DNA from: the human T2T-CHM13v2.0 reference genome, Homo sapiens
Assembly: GCF_009914755.1 (NCBI RefSeq)
Contig: NC_060935.1
DNA length: 64,000 nucleotides
Direction: 5' to 3' (one strand)
This document shows positions 44,621-58,945 of this stretch, one piece after another. The notes under the pieces were generated by a model, which saw only the letters and a program-made list of their open reading frames with translations, searched no databases and was not told where the DNA came from. A program made the translations under genes and the position numbers. Within the stretch, counting starts at the first letter, position 1, and every line of letters starts with the position of its first letter.

Positions 44621-45654
44621 TCAGTTGCCAGTAAAAAGAAATTCTAGAGAGAAAAGTGTGATTAAGGTGTAAGACTGAGATGAAATTCAGAGCTATGAAA
44701 CCATTCCCAAGATCTCGTTAGAGAAATATGAAGGTGAAAATAATCACAAGACTATAGTCCACATAAAGGATTTTTATTTGCAGCCATCCTGTTCAACATT
44801 TTATATCCTTAAAAAAACCAACTTTGTAAAGTAATCTGAAAAGTATCCTTAAGCACACTGGGTTTTCAAAATTTTAAGATTATTTCTTATGGTAGGAAAC
44901 CTTGAATCCCACAGCACTGCATAATAATTGGTTGTCAAGGGAAACTGCATGACTGTAACTGGTATTGGTAACTCCTAAATGTATATAAATAACTTAAAGC
45001 CTTTGTTTTGCAGAAGAGTCTGAAATTCTGTACATGGTTCTTCTCATTTAGACCCAGAATAAAATTAATAATGTCAGTGACTCTGGCAGACTCTTTGTCC
45101 TAAGAAAATACTTTTGAGTGGTTTAAATTAGAAATTTGGCAAATACATTATATTCTCTTTGCTTTGAAGGCTTAGAAACACAGATCAAATCTTCTGTCTA
45201 AGCATTTTCCTCTGCCACACAACTTCAGAAACCTAGAATCACCTTTAACATGTGGACTGTCATCAATCAATCTCACAGAAAATGTGGTATTAAAAAAAAC
45301 CCAGAATGCCAGTTTGATAATTCATACTGGAACTCTTTCTACAGAGGGGTCTGGGTGCTCATATTCTCCTATCAGAGCACTTTTGCCCTGCAGGCAGCTA
45401 CCCAAGGAGCCAGATTGTAATCAGAAGTTTATGTGGCATGCATGAATTCAAAACAAAGGGAATTTGATGAGTTGAATGGTTAATGGTTTCAGGCCAAATG
45501 AAGGTGACACTCCCATCTTATTCCCGGGACAGAACATTTTATGGATTTCTTGGTGCAGAGTCCTCATCACCATGGATAATATTGGATGGACACTGATAGT
45601 GTGTGTCTTTGTGACTCTTAAATACTTTTAATACATTGAACTAGTCCACACAGG

Positions 45655-46128
45655 CATGGGGTTCTTAACTATGGGTTTATGAACTGGATAACTAGAGATT
45701 CTTTCTTTTTTTAGGAACAGGGTCTCATTCTGATACCAGGCTGGAGTGCAGTGGCTTGATCCTAGCTCACTACATCTCAAATTCCTGGACTTTTATGATC
45801 CTCCTGCCTCAACCTCCTGAGTAGCTAGGACTCCAGGCTTGCCATCAAGCCTGGCTAAATTTTTATTTTTTGTAGCAACAGGGTCTTTCTATGTTGCCCA
45901 GGCTGGTCTTGAACTCCTGGGCTCAAGTGATCCTCCTGCCTTATCTCCTGCTTTGGCCTCCCAAAGTGCTGGAACTACAGGCATGCCCAGTCTGTATAAC
46001 TAGGATTCTTGAGCACTTGGAAACTAAATGCAAATTTCGTGTCTATGCATATTTTCTCTGGGGAAAATTTATAGATTTTATCAGACTCTCAGTGTGATTT
46101 GTTATCCAAACAGAATTAAGAACCACTG
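45655..46128. mobile_element. hAT-Charlie MITE interrupted by an AluJ
   Basis: TIR pair GGGGTTCTTAA ... TTAAGAACCACTG. Confidence 0.55.
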
Positions 46129-46849
46129 ATGTAAATAAAATCAAGTCCTGCCAGCCTGGGTCTCCACTTTTCCTTAAAGTGACTTTTTTAATGTTCCTGC
46201 TCTGATTCATTATGTGCTGCCTTTTTGTTTTGTTTTGTTTTGTTTTTGTTGTTGTTGTAGTTTTTGAGACACAGTCTCGCTCTGTCGCCAAGGCTGGAGT
46301 CAGTGACGCAATCTCGGCTCTCTGCAACCTCCGCCTCCCAGGTTTAAGTGATTCTCCTGCCTCAGCCTTCCGAGTAGCTGCGACTACAGGTGCCCGCCAC
46401 CATGCCCAGCTAATTTTTGTATTTTTAGTAGAGATGGGGTTTCACCATATTGGCTAGGCTGGTCTCAAACTCCTGACCTTGTGATCTGCCTGCCTTGGTC
46501 TCCCAAAGTGCTGGGATTACAGGCGTGAGCCACTGCGCCCGGCCCCCATTATGTGCCGTTTTAAAGCATTAACTGCTCTAGGGAGCTCTTATTTCCAGGT
46601 TTAGGGGGAAAAGAGAGTTCCTTAATGTAACCATGAAAGGTTTGATAATCAGAGAGAAATGGGAGGATATTCTACACACAGTGATCAGTGTGAGCCCAAA
46701 GTGTCCCGTCCATCAAGAGTTTAGATGTATTTTTAAAAATTTACTCTGTGTTATTTTGAAAGTTCCAAGTTTGATTTCTTTCTTTTCATAGTTAGTGGTC
46801 AGAATGAGTAGAGATAGCATTAGAGCTGGAAAAGCTGGAAAGCATATGT

Positions 46850-49420
46850 GAAAATGAATTTTAAGTGCATTGGACCAAAGAGGATGAAATGTAAGTTTGA
46901 TAGTCATGAAATTATCAGCAGGAGTGTACTTACATGGATTCAGGCTGTAGTAATTAATTGAGTGCTCACAAGTGGCTTTAACAACTTGCTTGACTAGTTT
47001 ACTGAAGCCTGGATTCAGTGGTGGTCTAGAGTCAATGAGGCTAAGGTGTCAAAGATCCAAAATCTCAGGAAGATGGGAATCTTGGAATGGACCTAAATGT
47101 GCAATTTTCCCAGCCACCCTCATCCATGACCCTGGAAGGTTCAGAGGATGCTCCATTTACTGTGGTGCTGAGATATGTGGACCTGATGGGCACCCCAAAA
47201 AGCATTGCCAAATGTGATAGTGGGAGATGCTACCTGAGAACTGGTAATAGGTTGCAGGGACAGAAAGGCTATTAGAATGCTTTGACCTTCGAAGATCAGT
47301 AGTAGCAACTAATTGATGGTAGGGTTCTTAGAAATGAACAGATAGACAGTCTACCAAGATGTGGCTTTATCTATATTATTGAAAAATAGAAACCTGATTC
47401 AAGTCACCACAGTGGGAATTTACTGCCTCATACCCAATTATTAAACCTAAGACAGTTCGCAGGCCTATTGCTCATTGATTGAGAGAAAGGCTCAGTCCCT
47501 TTAAGGAAAGATCTTGCAATGTGGCAGTAAGTATATATTACAAACAAACTTTCCTCCAAGCCTCCCCTGGAAAGGCCTGCAGCCACTTACTAAAATGACT
47601 GTGCATTGGGAGAGAAAATACCCAAACCCTTTGGAAGCTATTATACACTGGTTCTGAGTGTGTACTAATCATTGGTGGTACAAAATGCCAACCTGGTCTT
47701 CTGGTCGGAACAAGGGCTTATGGAGGTCATGTGATACATGGATTCTTGGCCTCAGTCCATCACTGGACAGTGGGTCCAATGAATCTAGTTATTTCCCTTG
47801 TTCCTGCATATATAGTTAAAATAGACATACTTAGTCATTGACTGAACCCCTTCCATTGGCTGCATGATTCACCATTGTTTAGTGTCTCTCCTTCACCCAC
47901 TCCTATGGCCTCTGTGGCTTCATGACATGGATGACCTGGAGAAGAGATACGTAGATGGGCCTCTTGGAATGGGCATAGAGTATGAAGGCAATCATGTCCC
48001 ACAAAAATACCCAACAGAGGTCATCCACTGCAGATGAGTCACTCAGTGATCAGGTGGACAAGATGACTGGATGTGCAGATGTCAGTTGGCCTCCTTCCCC
48101 AGCCCCTCCAGTTGTTGCTCAATGGACCAGGTACAAAGTGTCAAGATGGAAGAGATGGAAGCTGCACACAAGCTTAACAACATCTATATCCTCTCACCAA
48201 AGCTTATTTGGCTACCACCACTAGTGAGTGCCCAGCTGCCAACTGCAGAAGCCAAGGATGAGTCCCCAGTATGGCACCATTCCCCAGAGAAACTAGCCAG
48301 GAATCTCTGGTGGTAACTGATTTAATAGGAACCCTTCCTTCATTGAGGACAGAAAGTGCTCTCATGGGAATAGATATGTTTCCAGAGTTTTTTTCCTTGT
48401 TCCTAATGCTTCTACCAGAACCATGTCATTTTTTTTTTTTTTTTTTGAGACAGGGTTTTGCTCTATCACCCAGGCTAGAGTGAAATGTTGTAATCATAGC
48501 TCACTGTAGCTTCCAATATGAGCCCTCCTGGCCTCAAGATATTCTCCCACCTTAGCCTCCAGAGTAGCGGGGACTACAGGCACATGCCACAATGCCTGGC
48601 TAACTTTTTAAATTTTTTATAGAGACAGGATCTTGCTATGTTGCCCAGGCTGGTTCAAACTCCTTTCTTTTCATGGTTAGTGGTCAGAATGAGTAGAGAC
48701 TAGCATTGAAGCTGGAAAAGCTGGAAAGCACGTGTGGATTGCCTCAAGCAATCCTCCTGCCTAGGCCTCTCACAGCCGTGGGATTACAGGCAGGAGCCAC
48801 TGTACCCAGCCAAGAATGTCATCTTTACCAACATGGTATCCCATACATCTGACCAAGAGGCTAATTTTATAGTGGAAGAGGTGTGGCAACAGGCTCATAC
48901 CATGAGATTTATGTTAACCTTAGGATATATGTTATCACCCAGAAACAGCTGGCTTGAGAGAATCACCTATGAAGGTCATGGTTACTGAGAGAATGACCTG
49001 CTGAAGGTCAGTTATGGTGCCAGCAGAAATACAGCACCCTAACAAATGGAAGAGCAGTACATTCTTTACATCAGCAACCAATATATGACATTATTTTCTC
49101 TACAGCAGGGACACACAAGCATAGAAAGGAGGAGGGTGGAGTAAGAGAGGCCCCTCTCATGAATGCATCTAATAATCCAGTTAAAGAATATTTGCTTCTT
49201 GTCCCCACTGTCTTATTCCTTGCAGGTTTAGAAGCCTTAGTTGCTAAGGGAGAAAATGCTTCCAATAGGGAACATAGTTGCAGACTCGTTAAGTTGGAAG
49301 CTAAGACTGCTCAGTTGCCATTTTGTTTTCCTCATGCCGCTGAGCCAATAGGCAGAGATGTGGGTTACTCTATCGGCTGGGATAACTAATTCTAATTATT
49401 AAGGGGAAAGTGAATTACTG
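46850..49420 (+). mobile_element. Degenerate ERVL gag-pro-pol remnant with an AluJ at ~48429-48811
   Basis: Protease-like LLYTGSE at 47638-47658 (from LLDTGSE); integrase-like TCTGACCAAGAGGCTAATTTTATAG. Confidence 0.7.
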
Positions 49421-50652
49421 GATGTTTTAGAACAACATAATTCCTAGAAACATTAAGGAGAAACTCTAATTTTTAGTCATCTTCAGTATATCAATTATTT
49501 TATTTTAAACTTTTTTTTGTGTGTGTGGAGACTGCGTCTTGCCATCTTGCCCAGGCTGGTCTCAAACTCCTGGCCTCAAGCTATCCTCCTGCTTCAGCCT
49601 CCCAAAGTGCTAAAATTACAGGCATGGACCACCATACCTGGCCCAGTTATTTTATTTTAAGTATGACTTGACAATCTAGGGACATGTGGTTTAACATGAA
49701 ATGTGAGAAGTTGGAATTCTTTTCTAACCTTTGGTCTGGGGAAGGACCTTGAAAGGTTAGTCTAGCCTAGGGATAAAAGCAGAAAACTCAACCTTTTTAT
49801 GGGTTACATGGGAAAGGTATCAGGGGAGTGGACAGGCTCAGTTTATGATCACTCTCTGAAATGACGAAGACTTCTCAAATAAAAGAAGTTCAAAAATGGA
49901 GTCACAGCTGGGCTTGGTGGCTCACGCCTCTAATTCCAATAACTGAAGAGGCTGAAGGAGGGCGGGTTGCTTGAGGCCCGGAGATTGAGGCCAGCTTGGG
50001 CAACATAGCAAAACCCCACCTCGCTTAAATCTCTCTTAAAAAAAAATTCCAGCCACTTAGCCAGGCTTGATGGTGCGTGCCTGTAGTTCCAGCTACTCAG
50101 AAGTCTGAGGTGGGAGGATTGCTTGAGCCCAGGAGTTCAAGGCTACCGTGAACCATGATCGGACCACTGCACTCCAGTCTGGGTGACAGAGCAAGACCCC
50201 GACTCTAAAAATAACAAAATAAAAATTTAAAAATGGAGTCAGATCAAGGAGAACTCAAAGACAGCAAAGAGGCTTACTACAGATACTCACTCTTATCCTG
50301 CTGGCCCTGTCGACCATTCTCAGGTTCTGCCGTGCTCCAGATTCTGGCAGAATTAGGTCAGACGGCGGTGGAATATAGGACTGCAGACTTAAAGATGATA
50401 ATAACATTCCATCGTTTAATAAAAATAGCTCCATGCTGGAAGAAATGGAAAACACGCACCATTGAGAAATTTTCTGTTGGAACTTACCTAAGATGGAAGG
50501 TGTCCAGGATGCAGACGTAAATGCAAGTCTGGAGTTCTGGACCCTACACTGGTGGTTGATGGTCGTTAGCACAGAAATAAGGCACCAACAATGAAGTTAG
50601 TGCTCAGGCCTCACTTTCACGGTCTTATGTGAAGTCTTTGTTCAACTACTAG

Positions 50653-50715
50653 ATGACATCAATTTTAGACATGACAGATCACCTTTTGACTCCAATTTGG
50701 TGGCTAATAGTACAG
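50653..50715 (+). pseudogene. ART2BP: ART2-like pseudogene, signal-peptide exon MTSILDMTDHLLTPIWWLIVQ
   Basis: WWLIVQ|gtaat parallels rodent ART2 WWLIQQ and the phase-0 intron after Q in ART-family genes. Symbol is from recall of the locus and is tentative. Confidence 0.7.
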
Positions 50716-50853
50716 GTAATATTTACTACCTCTGGACCCTCATCCTACTGACAGCTACTCCTTCATATTTTATAAAACAAGAAGACCCTGGAGTGGAGCT
50801 ATGATGAGGGTCTGTTAGAGATGGTGGATTATAAATAAGAATCACAATTTTTC

Positions 50854-51150
50854 AGCCAGGCACGGTGGCTCACACCTGTAATCCCAGCACTTTGAGAGGC
50901 TGAAGTGGGTGGATCCTTTGAGCTCCGGAATTTAAGACCAGCCTGGGCAACATGGCAAAACCCGTTGCTACCAAAAATACAAAAATTAGCTGGGCGTGGT
51001 GGCACGCCTGTGGTCTCAGCTACATGGGACACTGAGGCAGGAGGATTGATTGAGCCCGGGAGGTCGAGGCTGCAGTGAGCTGAGATCACACCACTGCACT
51101 CCAGCCTGGGCAACAGAGCAAGACCCTGTCTCAAATTAAAAAAACAAAAA
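50854..51150 (+). mobile_element. AluJb-like element at or in the 5' part of the ART2 catalytic exon
   Basis: J diagnostics TTGAGCCCGGGAGGTCGAGGCTGCAG and GACCCTGTCTC; no clear TSD. Confidence 0.85.
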
Positions 51151-51163
51151 AGAGAGAGAGAAA

Positions 51164-51718
51164 CTGAAAGCAAACAAAAAATTTAAAACTGAATGTGAAA
51201 GGGCAGAGGGGAAACAAACAAACCAAACCAAAATAAACAATTCAACGATTTCCACAGAACAGCTCTAGTGGCCTGTACTGGGTATACAGTGCCAGGGTTA
51301 TTAGCAGGACTGTAAGAGAATTCCTCCAAATTTTACAAAACTTTCAGTTTAAAGCTTTCTCTTATTATTTGACAAGAGCTCTTCAACTTCTCACTACAGG
51401 GCAGTGTTACATCATTTATAGAGGCTGTTGCACCAAGTTTCATTACCATGGGAGAGGCAATGCAATTTTGGCCAATTTTCCTTGTATTTTTTTCCCTCAA
51501 CAAATAGCTACTCATACACACCATATTTTAATAGAAAGCCTCAGTCCTTGTCATCAGAACCTTCTTAGAAGTTTCTATTAGAGATATGCTTTTGGCCCAC
51601 GTGAAGATGAAGTGCTGATTCCAAGCTCTAAGGTGTTTCAGAATGTCACCCTTAAAAACAATAATAATGTTAACTTTGAAAAAATAAAGCCAGTAATTTC
51701 TACTGCTTCTCAGTTCAA
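51164..51718 (+). pseudogene. ART2BP: ART2 (RT6)-like ecto-ADP-ribosyltransferase catalytic exon with at least 6 frameshifts
   Basis: Ordered blocks FNDFHRTALVACTG, FKAFSYYLTRALQLL, CYIIYRG, FGQF, LVIRTFLEVSIR, PREDEVLIP, SNFYCF, then donor gtgagt at 51719; colinear with rodent ART2 as recalled. Confidence 0.93.
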
Positions 51719-53086
51719 GTGAGTCTGGGTCTGCTGATGTCCTGGAATAGGGAGCAGGGCACCGGCACAGAGCCATGAGGCAATTTAGCAGTCCAGTAAA
51801 GCTCCCAACCTCTGCTATGCAGAAAGGCCAGAAGGATCTGTTGGGCACCAGGCAGAACGAGTTATGAAAACTACTGCCACGTTGGGGGACACATCAGAGG
51901 GCCAGGAGAATGGGCAGACCTGGTTCCGGGCAGAAGGCTGTGGCTGCTGCAGAAATTGGGGCAAGAGATGAGGGTGCCTGAACTCAGCAGGTGGCCATGG
52001 TGATGGAGGCAGGCTTGGGAACTGGTGCTCTCTATGAGGTGCTCTAGGAGGTAGAGAGTGGAAGCTGGGCAGACTGAGAGGGGTGGTCAGAAAACAGATT
52101 GATGGGCCTTGAGATTTCAAAGGTGGAGTAATTTCAAGTTCTGATTAGATTGTAGAATACGTCCATGGAAGTTTGTTCTAAAATTTCTCTGGAAAATATA
52201 GGAGCATTCCATACACAGAAAAACAAAAACTTAAGGTGTGATTCCAGGGGAACTTTGAGCTTTCGAAAGGAACTTTTGTAGGCTTGCAAAATTCCTATCG
52301 GGCCTTACTGGAAACAGGATGGTCAGGTAAATAGGCCAGCAGAGGAAAGATGCCACCTCACATCTGGAGCAAATGATTCCCACCAGATCCTGGTAGCTTC
52401 ACCAAGAGTAAGTACACCAGTCAACCTGTGAGTAGAACACATATTTTGCAAAGCCATGTTGGGTGGAGAATGTCACAAAAAATAGCGTTTCCAGAGCCAG
52501 AGATACTTTCAGGGGTGGAGAAAGACAAGCACAGAGGGTTCCCCTAATGGCCAGAGGACCGCCAGGCCCAGATAGGAAAGGTCTTTCTCACATAAGGAGC
52601 AGCACCCGGGGTGCCAAGGTCATTCAGAGCTGAGGACTTGCAGCCCTAAGCACAAAGGCCTACAGGTGGAGGAACTGAGTTGTTCATCAGGCTTGACAGC
52701 TGCAGCAGTTTGAGACTTTCTTGGGTTGGAATTTCCAGTGGAGAGGAAAGGAACTAAAAGATAATATCCTTGGAATCTTTGGAGTGTCACAGGAATTCCC
52801 GGTGGTGAGAGTGGATTTCATATGAGAATGTAGAGGAGTGGGCCCGAAAGTCCCTCTGTCTGGTTTGTTTTTGATTTTTTTATTATTATTATTATAGAGA
52901 CAGGGTTTCACTATGTTGCCTAGGCTGGTCTTGAACTCCTGACCTCAAGTAATTCCCCTTCCTTGGCTTCCCAAAGTGCTGTGATTACAGGTGTGAGCCA
53001 CCAGGCCAGGCCTGGTTTATTGTCAGAAGGGTGGAGCTGGAAAGGTCTCATATGTCCATGTTCTGAGACATTTCTTCCCTTCACAG

Positions 53087-53166
53087 ACACAAGAGAAGGC
53101 CTTGTGCTCCTGGTTCTCCTGCCTGATCTCCTGGTCTTGTTGCTTCCCACTAAGTGGAGCCCTTAA
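53087..53166 (+). pseudogene. ART2BP: ART2-like pseudogene, GPI-anchor signal exon [25 protein letters not shown]
   Basis: Acceptor tttcttcccttcacag; resembles rat ARESCVSLFLVVLPSLLVQLLCLAEP*; ATTAAA at 53208-53213. Confidence 0.8.
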
Positions 53167-53372
53167 CCTGCTTTCTGACTGCACATTTTCTATAGCGTAG
53201 AGCAGATATTAAAGGAAGGGTAAGGATCTGACTGCTTCCCAAGTTTGTTATAGCAAATACTAGGAAGCACGAGAAGTGGAATCTTTTCCTTGGTTCACAG
53301 TTACTGCTTTTTTTCTGCAAGGAAATCCAAAGGATCTCCTAATTGAATTCTAAGATTGTGTGACCTATTTCG

Positions 53373-53375
<3 letters not shown>

Positions 53376-53404
<29 letters not shown>

Positions 53405-53990
53405 GAGATGGAGTCTCGCTCTGTCGCCCAGGCTAGAGTGCAGTGGCACGATCTGGCTCACTGCAAGCTCCGCCTCCCGGGTGCAGGCCATTCTCCTGCA
53501 TCAGCCTCCCAAGTAGCTGAGACTACAGGCACCCGCCACCATGCCTGCCTAATTTTTTTGTATTTTTTAGTAGAGACGGGGTTTCACCGTGTTAGCCAGG
53601 ATGGTCTCGATCTCCTAACCTCATGATCCACCCACCTCGGCCTCCCAAAGTGCTGGGATTACAGGTGTAAGCCACTGCATCCTGCCCCCCTCCTTTTTTT
53701 TTTTTTTTGTGACAGAGTCTTATTCTGTCACCCAGGCTGGATAGCAGTGGCACAAACATGGTTCACAGCATCTTTGACCTCCTGGGCTCAGGTGATCCTC
53801 TCGCCTCAGCCTTTTGAGTAGGTGGACTACAGGTGTGTGCCAACATGCCTGGCTAATTAAAAAAATTTTTTTTTTGGAGATAGGGTCTCTATGCTGCCCA
53901 GGCTGGTCTCGACCTCCTGGGCTCAAGGAGTCTTCCTGCCTTGGCCTCCCAAAGTGCTGGGGTTACAGGTGTGAGCCACTGCGCCAGGCC
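53376..53990 (-). mobile_element. AluY plus AluJ pair
   Basis: Alu consensus; outer TSD ctatttcgaga / ctactttgaga. Confidence 0.9.
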
Positions 53991-54309
53991 TACTTTGAGA
54001 ATTTCTAGTTAACATGACTTGTATTCTGTGTTTAAGTCCTTCAGTGTGATTAATAACCACGTACACTGTCAGCAATAGTTTAAATATATGTATTGTGATC
54101 ATAAATGTTGTAAGTTGAAGAAATAAATGATCTGTAATAATGTTTCCCCTTCCTTGACTTGAGAGAATTCCATAGGCTGTGCTAGCTCCTGGCTAGGATT
54201 GTCCTCAGACCTACCTGATCCTTGAACTGGACACAGTAGTGATAGCTCATGTGACAGGTTTTTCACAGCTTTTCTTGATGCAGTGAATGCCCAGGTTAGA
54301 CTGTCTAGA

Positions 54310-54679
54310 CCAGGTTATTTTGACCTTGGCACTTTGGCATTTTGGATTAGATAATTCTTTTTTTTTTTTCCTTTTTGTGGAGAACAGGGTCTCACTATAT
54401 TGTTCAGGCAGGTCTTGAACTCCTGGGCTCAAGCTATCCTCCCGCCTCTGCCTCCCTAAGAGCTGGGATTATAGGCGTGAGCCACTGTGCCCAGTGGGAC
54501 TGGATTATTCTTTATCGAGGGGCTGTCATGTGCATTGTAGGATATTTGGCAGCATCCTTGGTCTATCCCCACTAGACTGCAATAGCATTCCTCCTTCCAA
54601 GTTGTGACAACCAAAAATGTCTCCAGACATTGCCAGATGTCCCCTTTTTGGCAAAATCACCCCTACTTAAGAACCACTA
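54310..54679. mobile_element. MER20 (hAT-Charlie) interrupted by a monomeric Alu (~54357-54494)
   Basis: GTTGTGACAACCAAAAATGTCTCCAGACATTGCCAGATGTCCCC...AAGAACCACT. Confidence 0.85.
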
Positions 54680-55224
54680 TTTTAGACAAATCCATCTTCC
54701 TTCCCCACTGGATATATAATTGATCACAAAGTCTGTTGAATCCACATTCTTGAATTATCTTTCAAATCCATTTCCTCTTCTCTGTCGCCAGTGTTCCCAG
54801 TTTTCCAAGGGAATGCACAAGGCTCTTCTTAAGGTTTGGACGGAGTCCAGGTTTGGAAGAGTAACCCTGGAGCAAGGTATTAGCCAAGGCTGGGATTACA
54901 GTAGCCCATGCTGGCCACTGGGTGGTGTCAGTACAGCACCAAACCTGGAACCAAGAGGCGCGCTCAGAGCCAGGACCCTGCATTGCCCTAGAAGCAGCCG
55001 GACATGACACCACCCAGGCTAAGTCAGTAACATTTGGCACCATCTATCTACAGAGTGCCTACTGTGCACTGGGCACTCCAGAAGGTGCTTTACCCATAAT
55101 AATAAGAAGCATAGTTAACCGTTATTGAACATTTCCTCCATGCTAGACCCTGGGTTCTGTGCTTTGCGTGGATTATATTCTTGAATTCTCACAACAATCC
55201 TAAGAAATAGGCAAGGCATATTTT

Positions 55225-55998
<774 letters not shown>

Positions 55999-56699
55999 AC
56001 GAAGTGATATTTTTAACCCCATATTATATGAGAGGAAGTAGATCTCAGAACATGAGTGTTATAGTCCAGGTTTGCACAGCTTGCTGAGTCAGTATTTTAA
56101 CTCAGGGCTATGTGTCTGATTCCAGCACCTCCCTCTGCACCCGTATTAGAACACATTGAGAAGGCTCCCCAAGCCATGCCTCCTGTTGGCCTATCTCTCG
56201 CTGATCTGCTCCACAGTGGAACCCTCACATGCATCTACATGTTTCAGACAAGGCTCTGGGCACCCAAAGATTAACAAGACAGACCCAGAGCTTGCTTTCA
56301 TAGAGCCCACAGTTAGGGGGTGCTCAGGGAAGACAGCTGTTCAAACAACTCATTCCAGAAGTTGTTATGTACAATTGTGCTGACTGCTAGAAAGGAAAAG
56401 CACGGGACAGGAAGTTGTGAAATAGTTTCAGGGAAGCCATACTTGTGTAGGAAGTCAGGTCGAACTTCATGGGAAAGGGGAATTTAGGCTGAGAGTTCAA
56501 AATTGAATAGCAGTTGATTGAGCAGTGAGTCATGGAGGAACTGTCTATACTAGAAATGAAAAGGCTTTGAGGCTGGGAAAGAACTTGGCCCTAATGGTCA
56601 GAAGGGTGAAGGGCAGTGAGCAAGGGATAAATAATAAAAATCATAATTCATAGAGGTAAGTGCAACTAATGTTTCCACGTGTCTTATTCTAACCAATTC

Positions 56700-56925
56700 T
56701 GGTTAAGAATATGGGTTCTGGAGCCAGACAGGCTGGGTTTGAATCCTAGCTCCACCATATTGGTTGTATGGCACTGGGCAAGTTCCACCTTCTCTGTGTC
56801 TCTATTTCATCATCTGTAAAATGGGAGCAAAATTGTCCCTATCTTTTCAGGCTGCTGTGAGAATTAAATGAGTTAATATACGTAAAGCACTTAGTAAAGC
56901 ACCTGGCACATGGTAAGTGCTATTT
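56700..56925 (+). mobile_element. Near full-length MIR
   Basis: GGTTAAGA...TTTGAATCCTAGCTCCACC...CATCTGTAAAATGGG...GTAAAGCACTTAG. Confidence 0.88.
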
Positions 56926-57224
56926 TTTATTACTACTCTTATACAGTTTGATACATAGAAATTTACATTCGATACATACAAATTTATATTCTACTCTCGT
57001 TGTTTTACAAGAAAGCATCTCCCCATGTGGTTAAAAACTTCTTTGTAAATGCACACTGTGTATGATTACATATGTTTGTAAGAGCATGGAGGAAAGCTAA
57101 ATGCCTCTCAGAGTGGTAACGTGGTTACTTCAAAGAGAAGAGGGTGGGAGGACTTCATCCACTTTTTCTTTATGCAACTCTTTATTGCTCCTCTGGGAAC
57201 AAAAAAAAAGAGAAAAAACCACCT

Positions 57225-58945
<1,721 letters not shown>

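Noticed and set aside
50233-50572. 95-aa and 105-aa ORFs just upstream of the ART2 signal exon
   Set aside because: No homology recognised; partly L2-like
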